A DNA stretch of 64,000 bases, from the NCBI GenBank assembly GCA_951406725.2, contig OX597818.1:98642001-98706000 (forward strand), read 5' to 3'. Origin of the DNA: Octopus vulgaris (taxonomy: Eukaryota). The notes beneath the pieces were generated by a model. That model searched no databases. It was given only the letters and a program-made list of their open reading frames with translations, and had not been told where the DNA came from. Below are positions 1-13,471 of this stretch, piece after piece. Within the stretch, counting starts at the first letter, position 1. The number at the start of each line of letters is the position of its first letter. Made by a program: the position numbers and the translations under genes.

Positions 1-210
1 ATGGAAGTTTCTGTCAGCTACAATTGACAACAGTTGAGAACTAACAAGAAATGGTATAAACATCTGCCGAACAAAGTACAAGACGACTACTAGGCGACAA
101 TCATCTAGGATATGCCTGTTCAAACTGACAAAGAAATAAGAAAAAGCTAATTCCCAAACATAGTAATAAAGGATTACCTGAAACTATCAAATGTCGAATA
201 ATAATTACAA
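1..210 (+). mobile_element. Degenerate fragment of R4/Dong-like non-LTR retrotransposon (3' endonuclease region)
   Basis: Reads ..NKKWYKHLPNKVQ.. and ..DMPVQTDKEIR.., resembling the WYxHxP / WDxxIQTD region of the larger LINEs in this window. Confidence 0.45.
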
Positions 211-215
211 TATAA

Positions 216-745
216 GGCAGTGACTCTCGTGGCTTCTCATCTTAACTGATTGGAAGTGTTATCATGTACATTGTCTTGGTATAAAAAGATGGGCTACAGC
301 AAATATTCTGCTCAGTACCACATATTTGCTCGTCATTTGCTTGACTTTAATCAGATGGGCATGTCACTTAGTGGCTGACGATATGTGCATCCCTGATCAC
401 GAGCAGAAGTAGTGGGGAGCATCATAACCATGTGTAGAGAGGAATTCTTTGAAGTTTGTATAATTCACCTTTGGGAAAATGGGTGTTTTGTTCATCATCC
501 TTAAACAATCTTTATACAGGGTCCTTTTGAGCGGGATGGGCTACTGGGCACGAAGAAAGTTCTAACTGGGCCCCACCTGCAAGGTCATGCGCTGTTTATC
601 TTGATATGAGATCACCATGTCGCACACATTTGGTTGTGATGCATGTGCTTCATGTATCCTTATCAGACGGGTAGTCATGATGGGCATACTGCGCTTCGTA
701 TATTTTGCCCCAGTGTCACTCTGATGGCATGAACTGCTCTCACTC
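216..745 (+). repeat. ~530-bp interspersed repeat with (AAT)n tail, copy 1
   Basis: Reverse complement recurs at 36193-36716. Ends in AATAATAAT, like a non-autonomous retroelement. Confidence 0.8.
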
Positions 746-1205
746 AATAATAATAATAGCAGCGACGACGACGACGATGATGATGGTTATAAACGCCAAG
801 GCTGCGGGATGGGGTTTCTGTTAAAGTAATCCCAGTAGTTATAGGCGCTCTAGGCACCAAGAAAGTAATATTTACTCCGACAAATATTATATAAAAATGA
901 TATTTAATATAATATTAATGGCCAAACCCGTAATTATTGGGTATCAGTGATTAAAACCTGCAAATAAAGTAAAAACTGTTCGATGAATAGAACAAAGCGA
1001 AAAATATGCAGACTCGCCGGTTTCATCATTGAGATTGATGTAACTATGTCAATTGCGTTTATACAGAAATCTGTTCTATTAAGAACAGTAAGGATTGTTC
1101 GAAAGATACTTGATATCAAAGGAAATTAGTTGTAACATGGTATCAAGGACGTTTATTCCAAATGTTACGCATTTGTGAGCATCGTGATATTCATAATATC
1201 ACATA

Positions 1206-1326
1206 GGCGCAGGAGTGGCTGTGTGGTAAGTAGCTTGCATACCAATCACATGGTTCTGGGTTCAGTTCCACTGCGTGGTACCTTTGGCAAGTGTCTTTGG
1301 TAGACGGAAACTGAAAGAAGCCCGTC

Positions 1327-1357
<31 letters not shown>

Positions 1358-1614
1358 CGTGTGTGTGTGTATGTGTGTATGTATATGTTTGTGTGTCTGT
1401 GTTTGTCCCCCCAACATCGCTTGACAACCGATGTTGATGTGTTTACGTCCCCGTAACTTAGCAGTTCGACAAGAGAACCGAGAGACCGATATAATAAGTA
1501 CTAGGCTTACAAAGAATAAGTCCTGGAGTCGATTTGCTCGACTAAAGGCGGTGCTCCAGCATGGCCGCAGTCAAATGACTGATACAAATCAAAGACTAAA
1601 AGAATAAAAGAATA
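1206..1614 (+). mobile_element. tRNA-derived SINE family A (internal (TA)n/(TG)n microsatellite)
   Basis: Head GGCGCAGGAGTGGCTGTGTGGTAAG..GGTTCAGTTCC (A/B-box-like) and tail GGCGGTGCTCCAGCATGGCCGCAGTCAAATGACTGA. More than 10 copies in the window. Confidence 0.9.
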
Positions 1615-1975
1615 GTGTCTACATAGTATTTCTATAAATTGCCCGTACAATTATTAATTAAAAAAATCTATGTTGTAAAATACAAAGACTGAAAACGTAA
1701 AACATTACTTACAGAGGAATTGGTACAGAAACGTTCCTAAGAGGAATTTCCAATTATTTCTTAACATATCCTGAATATAAACGAGCAAAAGAAGATTCAA
1801 ATGTTTATGTCATGTATTACAGGGAAAAATATGCATCATATTTAAAACAATCTTAGATCAATTCAGTGTCACTAGTTCACATCCAGTTTTCCAGCTGTTA
1901 TTTCAAAGTTAATTGTTTGCGGATATGCAGACAGTATGGTTTCAATTTTTTATTGAAGTCAAGCAGCAGAAACTA

Positions 1976-2190
1976 CGAGGGGTGCTGAAAAGCCTCTGGC
2001 TTTGGGTAACAGAAAATATAGGAGGATCAGTTAATTATGATTTTATTCAACATATTCCCCTCTCAGTGTCACACACTTATCGCATCGGTACACCAGTTTT
2101 CTAAGACCTATAAAAGAACTCGGAAGATTGGGCCCCCAACCAGGCCTTTCGCGACACCCTTAAAGCCACGAACCTTTCAGTACCCCCTCG
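1976..2190. mobile_element. Mariner-type MITE
   Basis: TA|CGAGGGGTGCTGAAAAG..GGCTTT and AAAGCC..CTTTCAGTACCCCCTCG|TA form imperfect TIRs with a TA target duplication. No ORF. Confidence 0.8.
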
Positions 2191-2326
2191 TACATACAAG
2201 TTTATTCTTCTGTTAATTTATCTTAAAAAAGGGCCTCGAAACTTGCTTTTAATATTAAAGAATGAATTTTAAAAATTCATTATTACGAACAAGATTAATT
2301 ACGTATGTGTGTATGTGTGTGTTGTG

Positions 2327-2411
<85 letters not shown>

Positions 2412-2735
2412 CCTCCAGAAGGGAGCGTATTCGAAAAACTAGTGACAAGAAACATTCAAAGTACAATAAACTAATGAATTATGGAGACATAGGCCAAAAG
2501 TTTCATTATAGCTCCATCGAAGGAGACAATAAAGGTTTTGCAAGGTGTTTGCTCAATGAAGTCTTCTACCAATTGGGCTCAGTGAGGCGGCAAAGAAGCC
2601 CATACAATCCTTGGCAGAAGCTGAGCACAAAGCCATCACGTAAAATGAAAAAGATAATCCGTGATACGTGACATAAAGTTACTTGAATTTCATTTCGTAT
2701 TTATCTGATGACCGGAAATGAAATTCGAGCATTTA

Positions 2736-3567
2736 TTGGGTTGGCAACTAGGTTCCCACCGTTTTTTTTAAATTTTGGAATTTATTGCGTTTTTTTAATT
2801 TTGGAATCTATTTTTTTCAAGAATTCTATTTTTGAATAAATTTGGAATTTATTTTGGGTTTTTTTTTTTCTAGCTAATTTTAGTTAATTTTTGTTTATTT
2901 TCAGATCATTGAAATGGAATGTCAAGTTAAGGAAAAAGAGCATTTTCGACACCTCCTTCATTTTGCTTTTAATCAAGGTTCTAAGGCCGCAAAAGCTGCT
3001 CGAGACATTTGTGCTGTGTATGGAGAGGGTGCCATGGCTGAAAGAACCGCTAGTGATTGGTATGCCAAGTGCAAAAGTTTTGACCTCAAACACGCACCTT
3101 ATTCAGGCCGTCCAGTTGAGTTCGATGAAGTGCAATTAAACCAACTTTTGTACGAAAATTATCATTAAACGACAAGGGAACTGGCAGAGAAAATGGAATG
3201 CTCCCACACAGCTATAGATAAGCATCTTCACTCGATGGGAAAGGTTCAGAAGTATGGAGCATGCGTTCCACATGCTTTAAGTGACAACAACCAAAATCAA
3301 CAAGTCACAATCTCTGCTGCTTTGCTTGATCGTCACCGCTTAACTCATGGACACAAGCAACGATTTCTTTACCGAATCGTTATTGGCGACGAAAAATGGT
3401 GCCTGTACATCAATATGAAGCAGCGTAAGGAATGACTTAGCCCCAGTAAACAGGCGACACCGCGTGTGAAACAAGATCTTCATCCGCGTAAAACGATGTT
3501 GCGCGTAGGGTTAGACTGGGAAGGGATTATCCATTACGAATTGCTTGAATGGAACCAAACGGTCAAC
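2736..3567 (+). mobile_element. Mariner (mellifera-subfamily-like) transposon, 3'-truncated, transposase pseudogene from 2914
   Basis: 5' TIR TA|TTGGGTTGGCAACTA. Translation KEHFRHLL..ICAVYGE..SGRPVEFD..CVPHAL (WVPHEL motif)..RIVIGDEKW..GIIHYELL, with in-frame stops at 3166 and 3433. Confidence 0.92.
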
Positions 3568-3724
3568 GCTGACTCTTTCGCCACAACTTTCTCTCACTCT
3601 TTCCTCCTGGGTCTTGCAGCTCACCTGCGACGGACCGGCGTCCCGTCCAGGTGGGGAACTTATACGCCAAGGAAACCGGGAAAGCGGTCCTATGAGCCAG
3701 GCGTGGCTCGAGAAGGAACAAACA
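3568..3724 (+). mobile_element. 3' part of SINE family C, fused to the mariner
   Basis: Matches 30877-31030. Confidence 0.85.
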
Positions 3725-3907
3725 ATGCATAATGGTATCAAAATCAAAAATTGTATAGCACCGACGTCAGCAGTAAAACTTATATCATTGACATTGAAAC
3801 ATTCACCAAAGGTGACGGAAAGATGCGTAAGGAAAAATCATTAGGAAGAGACTTCCTATTTGGAAACTGGTAGAGTATGCTGACATTCTACAGAAAGTCA
3901 TTAGTAT

Positions 3908-4319
3908 ACTCTTTTTCTCTTTTACTTGTTTCTGTCATTTGACTGTGGCCATGCTGGAGCACCGCCTTTTGTCGAGCAAATCGGCCCCAGGACTTATTCT
4001 TTGTAAGCCTAGTACTTATTCTATCGGTATCTTTTTCTGAAACGCTAAGTGACGGGGACGTAAACACACCAGCATCGGTTGAAAGCGATATTGGGTGGGT
4101 GGAACAAACACAGACACACAAACATATACACACACATACGTATATATACATATATATGACAAGCTTCTTTCAGTTTCCGTCTACCAAATCCACTCACAAG
4201 GCTTTGGTCGGCCCGAGGCTATAGTAGAAGACACTTGCCCAAGGTGCCACGCAGTGGGACGGAACCCAGAACCATGTGGTTCGTAAGCAAGCTACTTACC
4301 ACACAGCCACTCTTACGCC
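3908..4319 (-). mobile_element. SINE family A, full length
   Basis: Reverse-complement homolog of 1206-1614. Confidence 0.9.
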
Positions 4320-5421
4320 TTTTTTTCTTTTTTTTTTTCATGTATGTATATTAAAAAAATTGGAAGGCTACATTGACATATCACATTGGTTTGCTATTGC
4401 GCAGTCATATTTTGTAACCAAAGATGAGAAAACTGACTTGGTAGAAACTATAGTTCCATAGCTTGCATAACTCGCTTAACATAAGTTGTTACAATCGATT
4501 CCTCCAAGACCGTTCTGAGTTTAACAATTCAGTGAAAAAAGAGGGTGTAGGAAAGTGTTGCACAACTTTTGTGAAATAAAGTTGTACTGTCTAAATTTTA
4601 AGGAAACACCATAGAAAACCTATGATGAATGATTTGATAACGGACTGTTTCTATTCTCCACTGATGGCCATTGTTGGCAACCGTATTTGTTGCCTTAGGC
4701 ACTGCCATAAAAACTCTCACCAAGACTAGGACAATAATCCTCAAACTACTTGAAAAGAAAACCAGTTTCCCAAATTCAAAGCATTTATAGCATTGGCTGC
4801 TCTAGCTATACTTTTCCATTCGATGAGAGCTAGAAATCCAACGAAAGGAAATTATACCAGATTGTTTTTAAATAATTGACTTTCAGAGCTTTACTTTTAC
4901 TGGATGTCATAATATATTTGCAGTACAAGTTCTTAACACACTGGAATACTAGGCAGGTCTATAGAGGGATTGTCATTTCGTATCTATCTGATGACCGGGA
5001 AATGAGATTTCTGTATGAGCGTGGCAACCACATTCATACAGAAACGTGCACATGTGCACAATTGTATGGCCATGCATAACTCAAGAACTCCATGCTGCCA
5101 ATTAGGCCTTTTCTCTTGAATAGCCGTGTTGAATCATTCCATCTGTTGATCGCAATTACTTTCTGCCGGAGCCGCATGGAGCTTAGGTGTTTCGCTCATA
5201 ACCATTATGCATATTGATTAAAATCTTTCCATTTTTTCTCCAGATCTAAGGCTAAAATGTTATGAGATGTTCGAGAGAGAGGAGTTATTTTACCTAAATC
5301 AAAATGTTTTTATTCCTCTAGTGTACAGGAAGATGTTGTATTTATGTATGCATTAATGTATACATAAATGCGTATATGATTATAAATGCATAAAAAACAT
5401 ACACGTATGCATGTATGTTTC

Positions 5422-5722
5422 TATTTCTTTACTACCCACAAGGGGCCAAACACAGAGGGGACAAACAAGGACAGACAAACAGATTAAGTCGATTACATCG
5501 ACCCAAGTACGTAACTGGTACTTAATTTATCGACCCCGAAAGGATGAAAGGCAAAGTCGACCTCGGCGGAATTTGAACTCAGAACGTAACGGCAGACGAA
5601 ATATCGAAATGATGAAAGTCAACATCGACTTCGGTGGAATTTGAACTCAAAACATAAAGACAGACGAAATACCGCTAAGAATTTTCGCCCGGCGTGCTAA
5701 CGTTTCTGCCACCTCGCCGCCT
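5422..5722 (-). mobile_element. SINE family B with internal partial duplication
   Basis: Homologous to 13169-13400. Flanked by ATACACGTATG on both sides. Confidence 0.88.
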
Positions 5723-8607
5723 TTATATACACGTATGTTTCTTATGCATGTATGTAATAATTATGTACACAAGTTGGTTGAAAACATTCCCGCTCCAAAG
5801 ACTTCTGACGGAATTCAGCAACGAATAATGCTTTCCAAAAACATATACAAAGATACACAAAACTACCCATGACTTTTATACCAGACTGTTGCAAGTATCA
5901 CTTCAATAAAACCTATTACGCCTTACAAATAAAGTGAAATGAAAAACGTGGAATTTAGCGTTTTGCGTAGAGAGACAAAGCGAAATGTTTACGGTAGATA
6001 AGATATAGAGATATATTATTCCAATGTTCTGTTCGCTATGTTCTTTAAAATATTCTATTCAGTGTAGTCTTAGCATACATACAATTATAATCATCTCTAC
6101 ATTGAGGTGTACGCGAAAATGCTCTTATAGTTACATAGATACATGTATATAGTTAAATGCATATAGCTATACATTCGCGCTATATCTAATGCTTTCTTGA
6201 TAGCAATTGTTCCTCTTCAGATGTTTAGTATATATCTTTATATTTTCTGCCGGAAAAATTTCGTAAACAAGCATTCACTTACCTAAATGTGCAAAAGCTT
6301 TGAATATCATTACAAGTTGTATTTGCGAAGCATCATAGAGGAGAGGGAACAGAGACGATAATAAATAAAACGTCTTTTTTCTCTTCAACTGAAGCGGCGT
6401 TATTTTATTATTTTATTTCCGTTCCAAAATTTTTACGATAACGCAGCTGTAGATTGCTCTTTCAGTAACTGATGGAATATAAACGTGTGTGTGTGTATGT
6501 GTATGCGTGCGTGCGTGTGTGTATGTGTGTGTATGTGTTTACGTATATAGATACAGACACACATAAATGTATCCAAACTTTAGCCGTCTCCCGCAAAGAA
6601 GTGCGACTTAATAGTTTGTAGGATACGGCCACTGATAGTTTTAGGTATCTACTAGACTACCCGTGACCCGTTGGGTTACCTGGAAAGTTTGAGTTTCCCA
6701 GCAACGGAGTGTTGTTTCGTGTTTCTTTTTTTTTTTTTTTACTTTTCCAGGTTATTTCGCATGCTTTCAACGAATGTGATATCGAAATCACACATAAACA
6801 GCTCATTTCCCCAGAAAAGGAAAGATTTGGCTGCTATTTCTTGCACGGCCTACTACCACGTAGAAAGGTATTTCGGGTCCTGTATCGCAAATAGCTCTTA
6901 CGTGGTTGTAGGGAGTGCTAGAAATAGCAGCCAAATCTTTGGAGCTGAGACACGTTGAATGCAGTCGAAGAAATCTTTTATAACGGTATTCCTGTGGGGC
7001 GATCTTTCGCTTTGACTCTCAGAACAGTCATCCGGATCAGCTGGTTTTGTTCGTTAATTTCCGTAATATATTTTTACCTATTTACTTTCGTTTTAAAGTG
7101 AAAGAGAGGAGAAGGTGGAAAATGTATGAACGTGTATATGAAATGGATGTGTGTATGTGTGAGAGAGATAGAGAAAGAGGGAGAGACAGACAGACAGACA
7201 GACAGACAGAGGAAGAGAGAGGGAGAGTGCCACTTACACATACATGAGAACACATACGTTCACTCACTCACTCACTCTCACATACAAAAACGATGTATGC
7301 ATATGTATTGATGTATGCACGTATGCATGACAACGCACCCCTCCACTCATTCTCTCTCTTTTTCTCTCTCTTCCTCTCTCTCTCTCTCTCTCTCTTTCAC
7401 ACACACGTCCATTTCATATACACGTACATACATCATTCACTTTCTCCTCTCTTTCACTTTAAAACAAAAGTGGTGTCCGGGAAAGAAATATAGTGAAAAT
7501 ATCAAGCCCAAGTTAGCTAAGGAACCGTGTGGCTTCTGTCCTGAACACAGAACAACCAACCGAGAGCAATATCTTTGTAATAAGTTGAGAACAAAATGTA
7601 GGTAGAGAATCTTGGGCTGAGAAATGGTGGAACTTATCTTAACTTTTGACGATCTAAAATATATCAAATAGCCCTGTGACTACAATTCCAAACACACGAG
7701 GAAGTAACTTCAGAGACTGGCCCATTGGTTCTGATGACTATTTTTAAAAAGACATGAATGATGTTCATGATTAGGAATCTGTGATGCACCTCTACTTTGA
7801 GACTAATATTGCGCATTTGTGACATCTCAGATCAATTCGCATTCTTTGAAAGTCATAAGTTGTCAATAGAAGATCATGGACTGCAGTATCCTAATGATGA
7901 GAATAAACAGTTAGAAAGGCACGTTAGCAATGGTTTACTAATTTGCTGTCTCCGAAATGGAACTTCCATTAATCAGTTCATTTCTGGATCTTCTGTACCG
8001 TACGCTTCCAAAAGTTTTGATTCAACTCTTAGCGTTATTTTTCTAACAAGAACTCGCAGAAAATAGATCAAACAGTCGAAGAAAAATACTGGACCAAGAA
8101 CAATAGCCTGTTTTGACACTTTAAAGTATTCAAAACCGGGTAACAATCCAATTTCATACCTTTTCTTTGTTCATGGCCTTGATATTTCTTGACCGAACAC
8201 TTTGTATCTGTAATAGCATATCTGAGTCAACCATTTCTCAATACTGTGCATTAGGATATTAGATGCCTTGTTCTATAGACGTGTCTATGTATCTCATTCA
8301 ACGTTCCCTATTGCCATTTATATTGACACAAATTCTGTTTATTGTATTGATGTCAACATAGGACATGTAAAACTAACCCGAGGCTATGATTTCATCTGTT
8401 GGCATAGAGTACGACAAACTCCGAGAGATATTTATGAATTGTTTGATCACCTATTTCCTAATATTTTGCCAAATGACTTACATTTCTTTTGCAAGGATAT
8501 AGTGTTTCCAGATGAGTTTTCACAGATAATTCCTCTCTTAAAGACAGCACAACTACTATCGTGTAGACAGTTATGAACCATTTTTCATTTTTAAATAAAG
8601 ATAATAA

Positions 8608-8835
8608 ATGCGCCCTTTTAAAGCCTAGCCAGGCTCATGGGCCTGGTTTCCCGGTTTCAATGGCGTATGGACGGGACGCCAGTCCATCGCAGAGTTACTC
8701 ATTTTTGCCAGCTGAGTGGACTGGAGCAACGTGAAATGAAGTGTTTCGCTCAAGAATACAACGCGTCGCCCGGTTTAGGTATCGAAACCACAATCTTACG
8801 ATCATGATGCTGACACCAAGCCACGCGCCTTCACA
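8608..8835 (-). mobile_element. tRNA-derived SINE (head type D, family C-like 3' module)
   Basis: Head GTGAAGGCGCGTGGC is shared with 33661-33970 and 63552-63832. The 3' part CTGCGATGGACTGGCGTCCCGTCC..GAAACCGGGAAACC is shared with 30735-31035 and 19800-19897. Confidence 0.75.
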
Positions 8836-10530
8836 CATTTTTCGTATAAGAAACATGAAACTAAAGAATCGAGAAAATTGTTACTGAACACATATTCTAC
8901 TTCGTGATAATGAAAGAATGGGAAAATCGAGTCTGTTGGTATGATTCGGTTTTCAAATTGTGTTGGATGAATGTGATACTATAAAGAAAGGAAAATATCA
9001 ACATTTTAGGAGAGAGAATCAGTCACTTAAGTGTTATTGGTTCCTAAGTGGAGAGAATTTGTACGTTTATCTGATAAAGTTCCTAACGAGTAACGTCGAT
9101 AGAGTTAATGTTTCCTCTGACTTTTTTGGCGATGGGTGTCCGCAGAAATTTGCTCGGGAACAAATTTAGTTTTTTGTTCCAAAATATGTGCGCACCAAAG
9201 CGAATAAGAACCCCTCAATTTTTTCAATTAACAAGATTCAAATTCATCTTTAAAACTTTGTGTGCGCACAATTTTTCCTTCGTACGCTAGATGTAATAAA
9301 TGTGCGCTCCCAGGTTCACAGCATAGATTGAACGTTAAGTAGTTTTTTGAGAACGATGCGAACACTTTCTCCAGCAAAACGAAGATAATATACACCGAGG
9401 GACTGTAACTGAAGCTTGAATTGAAATCTTCCTTACTATGTAAAGGCTGATTCGCCTACAGAGACAAATAGATATGGCAAATTCATGGAAACTTACAATA
9501 GAAGAGACAGATGATTTCACAGACTGTCAAAGATCGACAGCTCAATGACTACAGATGATCAAACAATTGAGGACAGATGTTTACTAGATATTGAAATGAT
9601 TCGTGGCAAAATTAATGTCTAGCGTACAAAAAACGTCATTCTCTAAAAAATAAAAAGGGTGCGTCTCAGAACCAGCAAGTATTACATACAAGGTGAGCTC
9701 TTTTGGAGTGGGCAGGGGGATAAGTTCAGCCATTTCAGATCTGATAGCAGGTTATATGCAAGACATCCGAATATAAATAGATCGCCCATTCACTTCAAAT
9801 GTCACAAAAATATACGTATTTCTTTAAAAAATCTGTTCAGTGGTCCTGCACTTATAATGACCACTTGTGTGAATGTGTATGTGTGTGCACGCGTGAGTGT
9901 GTACATACATACGTAAATACATACATACATACATGCATACTTACATGCATACATACGTACATACATACACATCATACATATATATACACATCATATTTAC
10001 ATTCGTACATACATACATACGTGCATGTATGTATGGTTGTATGTATGTATAATGGAGAAAAGCTGTATGATTGTCCGAATAAGAGGCGAACGAGTAATGT
10101 CCATACACTTAATGTTCCCTCTAGCTTTTGTGATGGGTGTTCATGCATCTCTTGTCTTTCTGTGTTTATGTACATTCATATACATACATTTAAATATGGA
10201 GTCGTGGGGAGCGTGGAGTTACCCCTTAATTGCCATTATTTTTATCCAGAACGGGGGTACCTGTTAGAGTTTCATCTATGGATTAAATAGATTTTTTTGT
10301 ATGGGTAGACTGAGCTCCTTAGCTGCTGAGAAAGCAATCAATCTCCGAGATGGAAAACTCCCAAATTATAGCTTCTTCCAATAAGCTCTAAGACAGCACG
10401 GAAGAGAGTATTGGTGAAACTATCTTGGGGTTAGTTCCAATAACATAAGTTAATACTATGCAGGCATCCATCCCATACTAGTGCGCATTGTAGCGCAAGC
10501 GGAGAATGGGAAATGGTGATGATATATCAG

Positions 10531-10757
10531 TGAGCTGGCAAGATCGTTAGCACGCCGGGCGAAATGTTTAGCGGTATTTCGTCTGCCGTTACGTTCTGAA
10601 TTCGAATTCCGCCGAGGTCGACTTTGCCTTTCATCCTTTCGGGGTTGATAAATTAAGTACCAGTTACGCACTGGGGTCGATATAATTAACTTAATCTGTT
10701 TGTCTGTCTTTGTTTGTCCCCTCTGTGTTTAGCCCCTTGTGGGTAGTAATGAAATAG
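10531..10757 (+). mobile_element. SINE family B, slightly 5'-truncated
   Basis: Homologous to 13169-13400. Direct repeat GATATATCAGTGAG at 10521 and 10758. Confidence 0.9.
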
Positions 10758-11376
10758 ATATATCAGTGAGTCTGTGCACATATAAATGTGTGTGTGTGTG
10801 TATGTGTGTGTGTGAGAGAGAGAGAAAGTGTGTGTGAGAGAGAATGAGAGAGAGAGGCAGTGGTGGAGCTCCGCCGTTCAACGATAAATACTCAGGTGTT
10901 CGATCAATTGAATAACCTGCTCACTGAATTAGCGTACATGTGGTGGAGTATACCACAGAAAAATGCACCCTTACCATAATTTTCAGGCAGGGTCAGTGAG
11001 AAGCAGTGTGTGACAAGGTTGTACCTTTTGAATCACAGGTACAATCCACCTGACGGGTATCTCTACGGCTTCCATCTGTCCAATTTCATTAAAAAGACTG
11101 GGACCGACCCGACCCATGCTTATATGAAATGATCTTTGTCTTGTTCGCACATTGGGATCGAAGCCCGGACCTCATCGCTGCGAAGTAAAATTTACACATT
11201 CAGCCAAACACACAAACACACACACACGCACGCACGACACACACACACACACACACGCCCGCGCACATGTACACATGTGATGTGTATGTAAGTATATGTG
11301 TGTTTATGTAAATGTGTGTGTGCGTGTATGTGTGCAGATGTGAATGTGTGTGCGCGCGTGTATACATACGTACATA

Positions 11377-11452
<76 letters not shown>

Positions 11453-11484
11453 TGTATATATAGTTTCTTACAATATTAGTTTTA

Positions 11485-12056
11485 AAGTTTAACACAAAAC
11501 CAGCAATTTTGGTGGAGGGATAAGTCGTTGGCATTGATCCCAGCGCTCAGCTCGTATGTATTATGTCGACTCTGAGAACTTGAAAGGTAAAGTCAACGTT
11601 GGCGGAATTTGATCTCAGAACGTAACGACAAACAAAATACCTATTTCTTTACTACCCACAAGGGGCTAAACACAGAGGAGACAAACAAGGACAGACAGAC
11701 GGATTAAGTCGATTATATCGACCCCAGTGCGTAACTGGTACTTAATTTATCAACCCCGAAAGGATGAAAGGCAAAGTCGACCTCGGCGGAATTTGAACTC
11801 AGAACGTAACGACAAACAAAATACCTATTTCTTTACTACCCACAAGGAGCTAAACACAGAGGAGACAAACAAGGACAGACAGACAGATTAAGTCGATTAT
11901 ATCGACTCCAGTGCGTAACTGGTACTTAATTTATCAACCCCGAAAGGATGAAAGGCAAAGTCGACCTCCGCGGAATTTGAACTCAGAACGTAACTGCCGA
12001 CGAAATACGGCTACGCATTTCACCCAGCGTGCTAACGTTTCTGCCAGCTAGCCGCT
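11485..12056 (-). mobile_element. Nested/tandem SINE family B copies
   Basis: A ~185-bp unit (CTCAGAACGTAACGACAAACAAAATACCTATTTC..) is repeated in tandem inside an older B-like copy. Confidence 0.85.
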
Positions 12057-13168
12057 TTATAGTTACTGCCAATATTATCATACTCTCTTATGAAGCAGAA
12101 ATGAAATTGAAATCAATCTACTTGCCTATCTTCCCAGTTGACAGTCTTACATTTCCTCCGCTTTATTGATCAAGTGAATGCTGTAAATTGGGAAATCACT
12201 AGAATAATAAACAGCTGTCCAAGAGCCAATACATACCTACTGTCAACGATGATCTGTGTCTCACATCAAGTAATTCAAGTCATTGTACCCATCATTCTGT
12301 AAATAGACACCACAGTACGCACAATACATGAACTCCAGCACTGTATATCTACATTTAAATTATCGTGTTTTTCAAACGACCCGATCATTATTGCTCGTAT
12401 ACTCTTCCGTTAATTCACTAAAATTAAAGCTGCAGCTAGACAGATTTTTATTCAACTGGCAAATGTAATGTCTCTCATAAAACATTTCGAAATCGATTAG
12501 ATTGTGGCTGTACCTGTGTTTTTCTGTAATGTCAAAATGTCTTCAGTGTTATGCATATAAATTGTATTATATTATATTATATTATATTTACTGTTGCTGC
12601 TAGAGTTGATGAACCCATATATTTCCGTTGGTTACACACTAAATGTCAAACAAATTGATGTCACATGATACAGCTCCACTTGCGTCACGCTAACGTGTTC
12701 TCTTATGCCTGCACCAAATAAAAGTTCTTAATGAACGCTTCTTTACAAACAAAGCGTCTAATTTGTTTGTCGTGTTATTGTGTTTGATTATATTTGTTAT
12801 TTTAAATGGTTTAAAGACCGCAGGGACTGGGGTAAGTCGACCTTTATTTCATTAAAACAAACGGTTTTAAATAAATGATATTGGATTTAAAGAAACGTTA
12901 ACATTTGAACATAATACCGAACTATCTCTCAAAAAATACACGAGAACACTGTATGTTTTAAACGGTACACATATTTCACACACGCAGCTACGAAAGTGTA
13001 TTCAATCAATGTATTTGTATTGCTATGTTATATTTTATGCATACATAACGTTTAGGGCAGTTGAATATAGTGAGAGACATTAAACATAAGATACAACAAT
13101 GTTATGGAGTGTTCCGTTCTCAGTATGTTATAATACCGAAATGTCACGGTATATGTTGTATGACGTTA

Positions 13169-13400
13169 AGGCGGCGAGCTGGCAGAAACGTTAGCACGCC
13201 GGGCAAAATGCTTAGCGGTATTTCGTCTGCCGCTACGTTCTGAGTTCAAATTCCGCCGAGGTCGACTTTGCCTTTCATCTTTTCGGGGTCGATTAAATAA
13301 GTACCAGTTACGCACTGGGGTCGATATAATCGACTTAATCCGTATGTCGGTCCTTGTTTGTCCTCTCTGTGTTTAGCCCCTTGTGGGTAGTAAAGAAATA
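13169..13400 (+). mobile_element. SINE family B, full length with 20-bp TSD
   Basis: Head GGCGGCGAGCTGGCAGAAACGTTAGC..GAGTTCAAATTCC, central GCCTTTCATC.TTTCGGGGTCGAT.AA.TAAGTACCAG. TSD GGTATATGTTGTATGACGTT at 13148 and 13401. Confidence 0.93.
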
Positions 13401-13471
13401 GGTATATGTTGTATGACGTTTCAGTGAAAGCTAGGCCAATAAACTACACACACACACACACACACACACAT

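Noticed and set aside
7720-9630. Unique-looking region with short ORFs, possibly a gene or RTE-like RT remnant
   Set aside because: All frames I read are interrupted by stops, and the RT resemblance on the minus strand is too weak to support a call.
12146-12303. Two small minus-strand segments bounded by AG/GT sites
   Set aside because: The larger one has stops in all frames and there is no independent support; splice-like motifs are common in AT-rich DNA.
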